A DNA stretch of 64,000 nt from Chitinophagales bacterium (GTDB lineage Bacteria > Bacteroidota > Bacteroidia > Chitinophagales > JAHQVX01): contig OZ244113.1 of the NCBI GenBank assembly GCA_965215685.1, positions 2,606,256-2,670,255 on the forward strand. Direction: 5' to 3'. The position numbers and the translations under genes are program-made. Below, piece by piece: positions 47,313 through 57,195 of this stretch (the stretch's first letter is position 1; every line of letters starts with the position of its first letter). The notes beneath the pieces are model-generated. The model worked only from the letters and a program-made list of their open reading frames with translations. It did not search any database and was not told the origin of the DNA.

Positions 47313-48361
47313 ACCTGAGTTCGATTTTAAAATAGCAATAATTGGTTAGAATGATTGGGTCGGTATTCATAGAATTTTATCGAAGGTTTTTTAGGCAAGA
47401 AAGAGTAAGCAATGATAGCTGCTAAGATGTTATTAATGAAGTTATGTAATGACCGATGACGAGAATGTTCTATCATACAAATGTTTTTTAGTTGGTCATT
47501 GATGGTTTCGATGATTGACCGTTTTCTGAGCATTATTTTATCAAACAAACTCATCAACTGATTTTTCATATTCTTTCTAATTCCGGTGATGAAGTGAATA
47601 CCGTCAGAGAATAACACCTCAGCCAATGTTTTACTCACATATCCTTTATCACCATACAGTTTTCCCCATATCTTTTTCAATAGGTTTCCTTGCTTTAACG
47701 GCTCTCGATCATCCACATTGGCTTGGGTGATTTGAAAGTCAATAATCTCACCTAATTCATTGACTATCAAATGCAACTTAAACCCATAAAACCAACCCAT
47801 AGTTGATTTACCTCTAGTGGCTATTCCATCAAAGACCTTGTGGTTAAAAATGCGCTTATTATTACAAACCCTCAATGGAGTGGAATCCATAAATGAAATA
47901 CCACTACAGTTTCCCAAACAACAGGTTTTAGCAAATACGGCCATGGGCAATACAACCTGCTTTTGCAATTCAACAAATCGATTATATGAAACAGTTTTGG
48001 GAAAGTCATCCTGAAGATGTTTTTGCACATACTTCAAATAAAACCATTTAAAACATCTTACACCACTCAACTGAAACAATATCATAATCGTCATCACTTC
48101 TGATGAAACCATTTTAGGTTCTATTTTAGGTTTATTGCCAATTAAGTGTGCAGATAAATGAGCTTCAAATTCTAACATAAACTCATCAACAACACAGAAA
48201 ATATTTGTAATTTGGTCTTTCGTAATCATAGGGAATAGTTTGTTTAATTAATTGATTATCAACCATTAAAGTACAAATTATTCCCTTTTTAACCAAACAA
48301 ATTCCTTAATATTTTATCTATAAATTACTAACATTCAATTAGTTCATAATCGAACTCAGGT
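47313..48361 (-). mobile_element. IS982-family insertion sequence (about 1.05 kb)
   Basis: 14-bp perfect terminal inverted repeats: ACCTGAGTTCGATT at 47313..47326 and its reverse complement at 48348..48361. Single 300-aa transposase. Flanking TTTTAA on both sides is a possible target duplication. Confidence 0.75.
47327..48229 (-). CDS. IS982-family transposase
   Basis: 300 aa. N-terminal NIFCVVDEF motif typical of IS982 transposases. DDE core. Confidence 0.75.
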   Translation of the reverse strand: MITKDQITNIFCVVDEFMLEFEAHLSAHLIGNKPKIEPKMVSSEVMTIMILFQLSGVRCFKWFYLKYVQKHLQDDFPKTVSYNRFVELQKQVVLPMAVFAKTCCLGNCSGISFMDSTPLRVCNNKRIFNHKVFDGIATRGKSTMGWFYGFKLHLIVNELGEIIDFQITQANVDDREPLKQGNLLKKIWGKLYGDKGYVSKTLAEVLFSDGIHFITGIRKNMKNQLMSLFDKIMLRKRSIIETINDQLKNICMIEHSRHRSLHNFINNILAAIIAYSFLPKKPSIKFYEYRPNHSNQLLLF

Positions 48362-49441
48362 TTTTAAGGTTTTGTTTTCCATACCACATTTATATTGTAA
48401 AAGGGAGAGTATATCATAATGTCTGTGGTTGACAGTATTTGCTTCGACATATTTTTCAAATGCGTTACAAGTGGCAACTACGTTCTGAGAAAATTTAGTT
48501 TGATAAATAAGCACTGAAGCGGCATCGTACAAAAGCTGAATGTCTGATGTTTCAGGATAATGTGTTAAAAGAGATACAGCAAATGACATTAATTTCTCAC
48601 GCGGAGTAATAAGGAACCTTTGATCCTTCAGATTGGCGTAGGCGTATAAGTATGCCATTAATTTTTTATCACTTTTTATGCCAATTTTTGACAAGGCATT
48701 AATAGCACCTTTAATTCCCCGGCTATTAAAGTTTCCTTTAAGGTAATAAAGTGCCAATTTTTCCTTTACCGCCGGTTTTGTAAGTACATCTAATGGATTA
48801 TCGGCAACAAACCGGTTAACCATATCATCATCTGTTATTGGCAAGCAAAAGAGAAACAACCTATTGGCCAATTTCCCTTCAAGTGTTTTGCGCTGCTCTA
48901 AAAATTTCTTAGTTAAGATTTTTGCCGGTTGCTCTCCGCCGTTGTTATAGGCATCAAGTATATATGCTTCTATTTCATCATCTTTAGCATTTAAAACTTT
49001 GTTCAGAAAATCAGTGGAATAGTATGGAGCAATTTTCTTAACCTTTTCACCCAATTCCAAGAATTTAACTTTATCTCTTCCGCCTACAGTTTTGTAAACT
49101 TCATTGCCGGATAAATCTATAAAAAGTAAGGTGGGGTAGCTCCTCACTCCATATTTTTTCTTAAAATTGTTACTACTATCACCATTTACCTTAAGGTTTA
49201 CAAATGTTTCATTAAATAATTTTACAACGTTTGGATCTGTAAATACTTCCCGTTCCATTTTCTTACATGGGCCACACCATGAAGTTGCCACATCAACAAA
49301 AATGAGTTTCTTTTGCTCATTAGCTAGTTTTTTGGCTTTAGTAAAACTGCGTGTAAATTGGATTTTTTCTGTTTTCTTTTGGCCGTAGCAGGAATAACCT
49401 GCGACATAGAATATAATTACTACAAGTATTAGCCGATGCAT
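48356..49441 (-). CDS. Thioredoxin-fold protein (WCGPC) with signal peptide and C-terminal helical domain
   Basis: WCGPC active site. The last codon and the TGA stop lie inside the IS982 terminal repeat. Confidence 0.7.
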   Translation of the reverse strand: MHRLILVVIIFYVAGYSCYGQKKTEKIQFTRSFTKAKKLANEQKKLIFVDVATSWCGPCKKMEREVFTDPNVVKLFNETFVNLKVNGDSSNNFKKKYGVRSYPTLLFIDLSGNEVYKTVGGRDKVKFLELGEKVKKIAPYYSTDFLNKVLNAKDDEIEAYILDAYNNGGEQPAKILTKKFLEQRKTLEGKLANRLFLFCLPITDDDMVNRFVADNPLDVLTKPAVKEKLALYYLKGNFNSRGIKGAINALSKIGIKSDKKLMAYLYAYANLKDQRFLITPREKLMSFAVSLLTHYPETSDIQLLYDAASVLIYQTKFSQNVVATCNAFEKYVEANTVNHRHYDILSLLQYKCGMENKTLKT

Positions 49442-49521
49442 AGGTTAAATATAAAGAATTTGGTATGTTATTGTTAAACGGTAATCAAATTGTTACAATT
49501 ATCTTCGCAAAAATTTCCCCC

Positions 49522-50964
49522 ATGTATAAACGAAGCATCCTACTAATACTTGCACTTTCGGTATCGTGCCGGTCAGAGAAACGTAACCTGGCCTATGATG
49601 CCGGTGATTCTGAGTCAACTCAAGTTACCCAAACGCCTACATTCACCCAACCGGATTGGTCGAAAAATGCCGTGATGTATGAAGTAAATACACGCCAGTT
49701 TTCCGAAGATGGTTCATTTAGTGCAGTACAAGATCAACTTCCAAGATTAAAAGACATGGGTATTGACATTCTTTGGTTCATGCCTATACATCCGATTTCT
49801 GTAGAAAAACGAAAAGCTGAAGGCGATTTGTTGGTTACTGAAATTGAAGATCCTGAAGAACAAAAAAAATACCTTGGAAGTTATTATGCAGTTGCAGACT
49901 TTAAAGAAGTTAACCCCGAGCACGGAACGTTAGATGACTTCAAATCGCTGGTAAACGAAGCTCATGAGCTAAGTATGAAGGTGATAATAGACTGGGTGCC
50001 GAACCATACAGGCTGGGATCATAGCTGGATCACTGAACATCCTGAATGGTACACACAAAATGATAAAGGTGAAATTGTTGATCCTTTAAATCCTGAAACG
50101 GGTGAAAGCTGGGGCTGGACCGATGTTGCAGACCTAAACTACGATGTAGCTGAAATGCGCGAAGAAATGATCAGCGACATGAAATACTGGCTCACTGAAG
50201 CAAATATTGACGGCTTTAGATGTGATGTAGCCCATGGTGTGCCGGTTGATTTTTGGCGCGATGCAAATGCCCAACTGCGAGAAACCAAAAACGATATCTA
50301 TATGCTAGCCGAAGCAGAAATTCCTGCCCTGGCCGAAATGTTTAACTCAAGCTATGCATGGAGTTTTCATCACACACTTAAGGAAGCACTCCATGGCGAA
50401 AAAGAATTAGATGAATTGGAAGCAACTGTAAAGTCTTACAAGGAAAGATTTGGTAAGGATCATCACATGCTTATGTTTACCACCAATCATGATGAAAATG
50501 CCTGGAGCGGAACCGTATTTGAGCGTTACGGTGATGCACATAAAGCCATGGCCGTACTTACTTTCACCCTTGATGGTATGCCCCTGGTTTACAGCGGACA
50601 GGAGTCCGGAATGGACAAAAGACTTAAATTTTTTGAAAAAGACGTGATAGAATGGGGCGATTATGCTTTGCAAGATTTTTACAAAAATTTGCTCGCCCTT
50701 AAAAAAGGAAACAAGGCGTTGTATAACGGTAGTTTTGGAGGTGATCTTGAAGTAATTGATTCCGGTAACCCTAAAGTATATACATACCAGCGAGAAAAGG
50801 AAGGCAACAAGGTTTTTGTAGCTATTAACTTTTCAGACAAAGAACAGTCATTCGATTGGCCGCTTAACGGCAACGATTCCTGGAATCTGGAGTTTGGCGA
50901 AGTTTTACCTGAAAACAAAGGTCTTGGCAAATATGGTTATGCAGTTTGGGTAAAAAATGAATAA
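49522..50964 (+). CDS. Alpha-amylase family glycoside hydrolase (GH13) lipoprotein
   Basis: GH13 regions DGFRCDVAH and NHDE. Lipobox ALSVSC at the internal Met start. The called ORF starts upstream at 49465. Confidence 0.8.
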   Translation: MYKRSILLILALSVSCRSEKRNLAYDAGDSESTQVTQTPTFTQPDWSKNAVMYEVNTRQFSEDGSFSAVQDQLPRLKDMGIDILWFMPIHPISVEKRKAEGDLLVTEIEDPEEQKKYLGSYYAVADFKEVNPEHGTLDDFKSLVNEAHELSMKVIIDWVPNHTGWDHSWITEHPEWYTQNDKGEIVDPLNPETGESWGWTDVADLNYDVAEMREEMISDMKYWLTEANIDGFRCDVAHGVPVDFWRDANAQLRETKNDIYMLAEAEIPALAEMFNSSYAWSFHHTLKEALHGEKELDELEATVKSYKERFGKDHHMLMFTTNHDENAWSGTVFERYGDAHKAMAVLTFTLDGMPLVYSGQESGMDKRLKFFEKDVIEWGDYALQDFYKNLLALKKGNKALYNGSFGGDLEVIDSGNPKVYTYQREKEGNKVFVAINFSDKEQSFDWPLNGNDSWNLEFGEVLPENKGLGKYGYAVWVKNE

Positions 50965-51044
50965 TAGCAACAAAGCCACGAACTTTGAACCTGAAATAAT
51001 CAGGTATCGGCGGTAAGCACAAATACATTTTTCTACTAAGCCAC

Positions 51045-51728
51045 ATGCGGGCTTATACTACCTTGCTCGGCCACATTCTCGGCAGTCATGCGGAAATAAT
51101 GGGTTATAACGAGAAGCACCAGAGCTATAGGTCTAACCTGGGTTTAACAAAACTCCGGTTTAAAGTAAGGTTGCTCACAACCTCAGGCGATAAGCCTACA
51201 TACTGGTTTGATAAGATATTACATAATGATTATAAACTGTCGGCAAGTATTCTTCAAAGGGAAAATTTTCGTTTCATTTATGTGGTGAGAAAACCAGAAG
51301 ACACTTTGCGCAGCATTATAAATATGGGCAATGAAATGACAAGAGCCGTGAAATGGTACCGGCATCCGAAAAGTGTGGCCGATTATTATACCGCACGCCT
51401 GGAAAAGCTGGCAGACTACGCTCCTTTTACCAAAGGCAGAAGCACCTTTGTCCATGCCGAAGATCTAATAGTTGAGCCTGACACAGTGTTGGAAAAGCTT
51501 ACGAAATTTCTTAGACTTAATAGTCCGTTGAATAAAGATTACAAAACCTTTACATTCAGTGGTACGCTTGGGCTCGGCGATCCTTCAGGTAAAATAAAGA
51601 GTGGAGAAATTGTACAGGAGCCCTCCCATTATGAGCATATTCAAATTCCTGAAAAGTTCCTCGATAATTGCCAAAAAATTTATGAAAGAAAAGTTCCTTT
51701 TCTAAAGCACACGTTTAATAGATCGTAA
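51045..51728 (+). CDS. Hypothetical protein
   Basis: 227-aa ORF with no motif I can assign confidently. Confidence 0.4.
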   Translation: MRAYTTLLGHILGSHAEIMGYNEKHQSYRSNLGLTKLRFKVRLLTTSGDKPTYWFDKILHNDYKLSASILQRENFRFIYVVRKPEDTLRSIINMGNEMTRAVKWYRHPKSVADYYTARLEKLADYAPFTKGRSTFVHAEDLIVEPDTVLEKLTKFLRLNSPLNKDYKTFTFSGTLGLGDPSGKIKSGEIVQEPSHYEHIQIPEKFLDNCQKIYERKVPFLKHTFNRS

Positions 51729-51888
51729 GATCTAAAACTGAGATAATCACCTTGTAAACTCTGTACTCAATATTGTGCTCGTTGTGGTTAAAAGAGCACA
51801 ATAACTGATATGAACAGATTCCCTGCCAAATTGACCGTTTTACTACCTTTGGCGCGTCTTTTGACCATGAAAAAGTAGTAATTAAAAC

Positions 51889-52500
51889 ATGTTTAACAAG
51901 ATAAAATCAGCATTAAAAATGGATAAAGAAGAAAAGCAGGTGAAAGATGCATCGGCGGAAGTAGAGAAGGATATGAACCAAACTGATACAGTTGAGGAAA
52001 ACAACGTGGATGACTTACAGGAAGAAGTTGAACAGGAACTAAGTTTGGAAGAACGCCTGGAAGAGGCTAACATTCGTTATGCCGAACTGAACGATAAACA
52101 TATTCGCCTGTTTGCTGAATTTGATAATTATAAAAAGCGGGTGAACAGGGAACGGATTGAGATGTTGAAATTGGCCGGTCAGGATGTATTGAAAGATATA
52201 CTCCCCGTGCTTGACGATATGAAACGTGCACGAAAAAACATGGATGAAGCCGATGATGTGGAAGCTTTGCGTGACGGTATTGACCTTATCATTTCAAAAC
52301 TCATGAATACGCTCGGTCAGCGTGGCCTTAAAGAAATGAAAGTAGTACATGAAGTGTTTGATCCGGAGTTACACGAAGCTATATCTGAGGTTCCGGCCCC
52401 AAGTGAAGAAATGAAGGGTAAAGTTTTAGACGAAGTTGAACGCGGCTACACGCTCAACGATAAAATAATCCGCTTCCCGAAGGTAGTGGTAGGTAAATAA
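51889..52500 (+). CDS. grpE: GrpE nucleotide-exchange factor
   Basis: Acidic N-terminal tail, coiled coil, C-terminal beta domain. Immediately precedes dnaJ. Confidence 0.8.
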   Translation: MFNKIKSALKMDKEEKQVKDASAEVEKDMNQTDTVEENNVDDLQEEVEQELSLEERLEEANIRYAELNDKHIRLFAEFDNYKKRVNRERIEMLKLAGQDVLKDILPVLDDMKRARKNMDEADDVEALRDGIDLIISKLMNTLGQRGLKEMKVVHEVFDPELHEAISEVPAPSEEMKGKVLDEVERGYTLNDKIIRFPKVVVGK

Positions 52501-53690
52501 TGACTAAGCGCGATTATTACGAAATACTGGGAGTGAGCAAAGGTGCAACGGCGGAGGAAATAAAAAAAGCTTACCGTAAAACCGCACTTAAATATCACCC
52601 CGACAGAAACCCTGATGATAAAGCTGCCGAAGAAAAATTTAAAGAGGCCGCTGAAGCTTATGAAGTCTTAAGCGATCCCAATAAGAAGGCACGTTATGAC
52701 CAATTCGGACATGCCGGAGTAAGCGGTAATGGTGGCTTTGGCGGTGGAGCACCGGGCGGTATGAACGTGGAAGATATATTTGAACATTTCGGAGATATAT
52801 TCGGAGATATTTTTGGTGGTGGAAGAAGCGGCGGCTTTGGTGGCGGCGGTTTTGGAGGCAGTAGTACGCGCACAAGACGTGGAAGGCCGCAAGGGGAAAG
52901 AGGAACAAATCTTAGGGTAAAACTGAAACTCGATCTCGAAGAAATTGCCACCGGAATTCAAAAAAAGATCAAGATTAAAAAGTTTGTGAATTGTGAATCC
53001 TGCGGAGGGTCCGGCGCTAAGGACAGTTCTGCATTTCACACCTGCGGTACGTGTAATGGAAACGGTGTAGTGGTTAAAGTAACCGAAACTTTCCTGGGCC
53101 GCATGCAAACAACAACAACCTGCCCTTCGTGCCGTGGTGAGGGAAGGATCATTAAAGCCAACTGTGGAACCTGCAGCGGCGAAGGTCGAAATTATAAAGA
53201 AACATCGGTAAGTATTGATATTCCCCAGGGCGTTGAAGATGGCATGCAGTTGAGTTTATCGGGCAAAGGAAATGCAGGTAAACGCGGAGGGCCAAGCGGT
53301 GATCTGATAATCGTTATTGAAGAGAACAAGCATCCGAGCTTTACACGTGATGGTATGAATTTGATTCATGAGCTCTTCATAAGTTTTCCCGAGGCCGTAT
53401 TAGGGGCCAATATTGAAGTGCCAACCATTGACGGTAAAGCCAGGATTAAGATACCGGAGGGTACGCAAAGCGGAAAAATATTCCGGTTGAAAGGCAAAGG
53501 GCTACCATCGGTAAGGGGTAGGGGGAAAGGCGACCAGTTGATACATGTTAATGTATGGACACCGAAAAAACTCAGCAAGCAGGAACGGGCGGTATTGGAG
53601 AGTTGGAAAGGAAATAAAAACTTTGACCCTATTCCGGATGATGAGCACCGAGGATTTTTCGATAAAATGAAGGATTTCTTTGGTGGTTGA
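52500..53690 (+). CDS. dnaJ: Chaperone DnaJ
   Basis: J domain (YYEILGV..., HPD). Gly/Phe-rich linker. Four CxxCxGxG zinc-finger repeats. Confidence 0.95.
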   Translation: MTKRDYYEILGVSKGATAEEIKKAYRKTALKYHPDRNPDDKAAEEKFKEAAEAYEVLSDPNKKARYDQFGHAGVSGNGGFGGGAPGGMNVEDIFEHFGDIFGDIFGGGRSGGFGGGGFGGSSTRTRRGRPQGERGTNLRVKLKLDLEEIATGIQKKIKIKKFVNCESCGGSGAKDSSAFHTCGTCNGNGVVVKVTETFLGRMQTTTTCPSCRGEGRIIKANCGTCSGEGRNYKETSVSIDIPQGVEDGMQLSLSGKGNAGKRGGPSGDLIIVIEENKHPSFTRDGMNLIHELFISFPEAVLGANIEVPTIDGKARIKIPEGTQSGKIFRLKGKGLPSVRGRGKGDQLIHVNVWTPKKLSKQERAVLESWKGNKNFDPIPDDEHRGFFDKMKDFFGG

Positions 53691-53835
53691 TAAGCGTAGT
53701 GTAACATTGTTGAAAAAAGAAGTATTTATTGATAGCCAGTTGACTGGCAGAAAAACCATACTATGATTCTGTTATTACTTGTTGTATTATGTTTGGTGCT
53801 TGGAATAAGCCTTGAGCAGTTAATACACTAATCGT

Positions 53836-54741
53836 ATGCACATTTTGGATATTCAGGCTGTAACAAAAAATTACAGAGACGTTACCGCCGTTAACAACGT
53901 TACGCTTCAAATTCCCAAAGCTTCTATATTCGGATTATTGGGCCCGAATGGTGCGGGTAAAACATCTCTTATTCGTATGATCACCCAAATTACGGGTATC
54001 GACAGCGGTAAAATTTACTTCGATGGCGAAGCATTGAAACCTCCTCATACTTCTCGAATGGGATACATGCCCGAAGAACGTGGCTTGTATAAGAAGATGA
54101 AGGTAGGCGACCACCTTGTTTATTTGGCTGAGCTGAAGGATATGAAAAGCAAGCAAGCCAAAGCAAAAATTAAGGAGTGGATGGAAAGGTTTGAAATGGA
54201 TGGCTGGTGGAATAAGAAAATTCAAGACCTTTCGAAAGGCATGCAGCAAAAAGTACAGTTCATTGCCACGGTAATGCACCAGCCCGCTCTGCTAATTCTC
54301 GATGAGCCGTTTTCCGGTCTTGACCCAATTAATGCAAGATTGATAAGAACAGAAATAGATCGAATGGTAAGGGAAAAGGGTACTTCTGTAATATTTTCAA
54401 CACACAGAATGGAACAGGTTGAAGAGATCTGTGAGTACATAGCCCTTATCAATAACGGCAGGTGCATTTTAAATGGCCCAATGCTGGAACTAAAACAAAA
54501 CTTTAAAAAGAATCGATTTGCTGTTCAGTACAGAGGCGATCTACCGGCCGGTTTGTCAGATGAATTTCAGGTGCTTTCTACCAATGGATCAGAGGTAGTG
54601 TTTCAATTAAATTCTGAAGAAGAATCGAATAAATTGTTGCGCCGGTTGCTGGATAAAGGAATACATGTAACCGGCTACAACGAGGTGTTGCCAACCATGA
54701 ATGAAATATTTATTGAGCAGGTTGAAAACAATGTGGAATGA
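53836..54741 (+). CDS. ABC transporter ATP-binding protein
   Basis: Walker A GPNGAGKTS. Signature LSKGMQQK. Walker B ILDEP. Confidence 0.85.
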   Translation: MHILDIQAVTKNYRDVTAVNNVTLQIPKASIFGLLGPNGAGKTSLIRMITQITGIDSGKIYFDGEALKPPHTSRMGYMPEERGLYKKMKVGDHLVYLAELKDMKSKQAKAKIKEWMERFEMDGWWNKKIQDLSKGMQQKVQFIATVMHQPALLILDEPFSGLDPINARLIRTEIDRMVREKGTSVIFSTHRMEQVEEICEYIALINNGRCILNGPMLELKQNFKKNRFAVQYRGDLPAGLSDEFQVLSTNGSEVVFQLNSEEESNKLLRRLLDKGIHVTGYNEVLPTMNEIFIEQVENNVE

Positions 54742-56054
54742 AGAAGCTTTGGGTTATCATTAAAAGAGAGTATCTCTCAAGGGTTAAGAAGCGTTCCTTC
54801 TTAATTACAACGCTTTTGGTTCCGCTGTTAATTATTGGATTTTATGCCCTAATGGGTGTATTAATGGCAACCAATGCCGGTGGTACAAAAAAGAAAATTG
54901 CCGTTGTAGATGAGTCGGGATACTTTGCCGACAAGCCTTTCCGTGATTCAAAAACCATAACCTTTAAAAAGGAAAGCGGCAGCCTTGAAGAGGTGAAAAG
55001 CCGGATTGAAGAGAACGACTACCACGGCATTTTATACATACCTGAATTTAATATTTACCGGGTAAACGACAACATAAAGTACTTGTCGGACAATAAGCTT
55101 GGCCTTGGCCCCAAAGAATATGTCGAGAATGAGTTGGAGCGGCACATTAAGGCCATGCGCATGGAGGATAAAGAAATTGAGCGCAGTGTACTTGATGTAC
55201 TGCGGGTGAGCATGGACCTGACCGAACCCGGCCTTGATGAAAAGGAAACAGGTGTTTCAGCTTCAGAGATACTGGCCATGCTGGGTTTTATAATTGGTAT
55301 GATACTGTATATGACCTTAATGATCTTCGGAACCCAGGTTATGCGCGGTGTAATGGAAGAGAAAACCAACCGTATTGTGGAGGTTATCGTTTCTTCGGTT
55401 AAGCCCATGCAACTGATGTTTGGTAAGATAATAGGCATTAGTTTGGTAGGAATAACCCAGTTTTTAATATGGACTGTTATCATGTATGCCGGATATATTG
55501 TGCTTTCCATTGTTGGTATTTCCTCGCTCGGAATAGATCCCGGAATGTTGCAGAATGCCGGCTCGGGAGGCGGCAGTGCACAGGCTGCCGACCTTGAAGG
55601 AATAGAAAAAGTGATAGTACCCTTGTTTACGTACGGAGGCTATCCTAAATTGATACTTACGGCCTTGTTTTACTTTTTGGGCGGCTATTTGATCTACGCC
55701 GCTATGTTTAGTGCGGTAGGCTCTGCCGTAAATGATGAAAGTGAGAGCCAGCAGCTGGTATTTCCAGTTATGATGCCCATTATTTTCTCGGTGTTGATTC
55801 TCGTAACCTTATTTAACGATCCGCATAACAAGTTGGCGGTAATAGGCTCCATATTTCCGCTTACATCGCCCATAGTTATGCCCGCTCGTATGCCTTTTGA
55901 TCCGCCCACCTGGCAAATTATTGCATCGGTATTAGCCCTTATTGCAGGCACCTGGTTTTTTGTTTGGTTATCGGCCAAAGTATATCGAGTAGGCATTTTG
56001 TTATACGGTAAAAAACCCAGCTTTAAAGAGTTGCTTAAGTGGATGAGGTATTAG
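54738..56054 (+). CDS. ABC-2 family transporter permease
   Basis: 438 aa with N-terminal TM, large periplasmic loop and C-terminal 5-TM bundle. Translationally coupled to the ATPase. Confidence 0.75.
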   Translation: MKKLWVIIKREYLSRVKKRSFLITTLLVPLLIIGFYALMGVLMATNAGGTKKKIAVVDESGYFADKPFRDSKTITFKKESGSLEEVKSRIEENDYHGILYIPEFNIYRVNDNIKYLSDNKLGLGPKEYVENELERHIKAMRMEDKEIERSVLDVLRVSMDLTEPGLDEKETGVSASEILAMLGFIIGMILYMTLMIFGTQVMRGVMEEKTNRIVEVIVSSVKPMQLMFGKIIGISLVGITQFLIWTVIMYAGYIVLSIVGISSLGIDPGMLQNAGSGGGSAQAADLEGIEKVIVPLFTYGGYPKLILTALFYFLGGYLIYAAMFSAVGSAVNDESESQQLVFPVMMPIIFSVLILVTLFNDPHNKLAVIGSIFPLTSPIVMPARMPFDPPTWQIIASVLALIAGTWFFVWLSAKVYRVGILLYGKKPSFKELLKWMRY

Positions 56055-56214
56055 GCTGTTGGGTTGGTAAAGGATATTTCCGTTCCTATCGTAGGTCAGG
56101 TTTTTATCAGCTAGTCGTTCCGAAAGCAGGAAGGAATTTTGACCTGGATTATATGACGAAAAAGACATCTCCATCGGAGATGTTAAGGTACAAATTTCTC
56201 ATGTTTAATAGGGG

Positions 56215-56607
56215 CTAAAGGGGCTGTAATTCAAGAGTCTCTATCTTCTCAAAATGACTGTCGGATGTGACCAAAGTAAGTCCGTGTTGCTCGGCCAAAG
56301 CTCCAATCCATATATCGTTTTCTGGTATCGGGGTTCCAGCCTTTTTTAGTTCCGTTTTTATTCTCCCGTACACCAGGGCCGTACCTTCATCTATCATAAG
56401 AACATTGCATTCTTTGATGAATGCTTCAGTTTGGTTTTTATGAATTTCGGGCTTGTTTGAATTCTCGGCCCCGTAGTACAACTCTCCAACAACTGTAACC
56501 GGAATATTAATTGGGTTTAGTTTTTTAACAAACTCAACCGTGGGTTGATGTGCTCTGAATAGATTGATAATTATGTTGGTGTCGAGCAAATAAGTCTTAC
56601 CACTCAT
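56215..56607 (-). CDS. PIN-domain toxin (VapC-like)
   Basis: N-terminal YLLDTNIIINLF with acidic residues at PIN positions. 130 aa. Confidence 0.75.
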   Translation of the reverse strand: MSGKTYLLDTNIIINLFRAHQPTVEFVKKLNPINIPVTVVGELYYGAENSNKPEIHKNQTEAFIKECNVLMIDEGTALVYGRIKTELKKAGTPIPENDIWIGALAEQHGLTLVTSDSHFEKIETLELQPL

Positions 56608-56821
56608 TGTCTATCCTTTCACATCCATCAGCAATGACCGTTTCCCAGTTGTTGGCCTCCTCTTCACTCAGAATTCCAACAAAGCGATCAATATTAGATT
56701 TCTCCTTATCCTTAAGGCCGTAGTCCAACATGCTCTTTATGGCTTTGAGCAATCGGGTATCCTTAACTTTTTCAAGCCGGTTCACCAGTGTTTTTATTTC
56801 TATATCCGGATTCATCATCAC
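56597..56821 (-). CDS. Putative antitoxin partner of the PIN toxin
   Basis: 74-aa ORF overlapping the PIN gene start by 11 nt. Acidic. Confidence 0.5.
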   Translation of the reverse strand: MMMNPDIEIKTLVNRLEKVKDTRLLKAIKSMLDYGLKDKEKSNIDRFVGILSEEEANNWETVIADGCERIDNEW

Positions 56822-56932
56822 TTGTTAATGCTAAAGTAACGAATTAATCAGCTCAATGGTTTCAAAGCATAGAATTCAAAGGAAAAATTTTACCTAATTG
56901 ATTTATTGAACAGCACTTAACTGAACGCCCCC

Positions 56933-56999
56933 GCTGGCGCAAGTCTTTGCGCGCTTGCCGGCAGCAGAGCAGACTTGTGCCCGATAATCCATAAAACTT
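56933..56999. repeat. REP-like palindromic repeat, copy A
   Basis: Shares the core GCAAGTCTTTGCGCGCTTGCC...CAGACTTGTGCCCG.ATA.TCCATAAAAC with 58937..58998. Contains internal inverted repeat GCAAGTCT/AGACTTGT. Confidence 0.65.
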
Positions 57000-57089
57000 A
57001 CCAGATATATGCACCATGGATTAATGAATTTGTACTTTCTGACCACAACTTAAAATTAACTGAATTTACAATACCGTTCAGAGCTTACA

Positions 57090-57140
57090 TGGCACAAGTC
57101 TTTCGGCTGCTTTACTGTTGCAGTTAGACTTGCGGCGGCA
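57090..57140. repeat. REP-like palindromic repeat, degenerate copy C
   Basis: CAAGTCTTTCGGCTGC...GCAGTTAGACTTGCGGCGG carries the same inverted core. Confidence 0.45.
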
Positions 57141-57195
57141 GAGTTCAGCAGTGGCTTACCGCAACTTCCTTGTAAGAATTTTGAAATAGAAAAAG

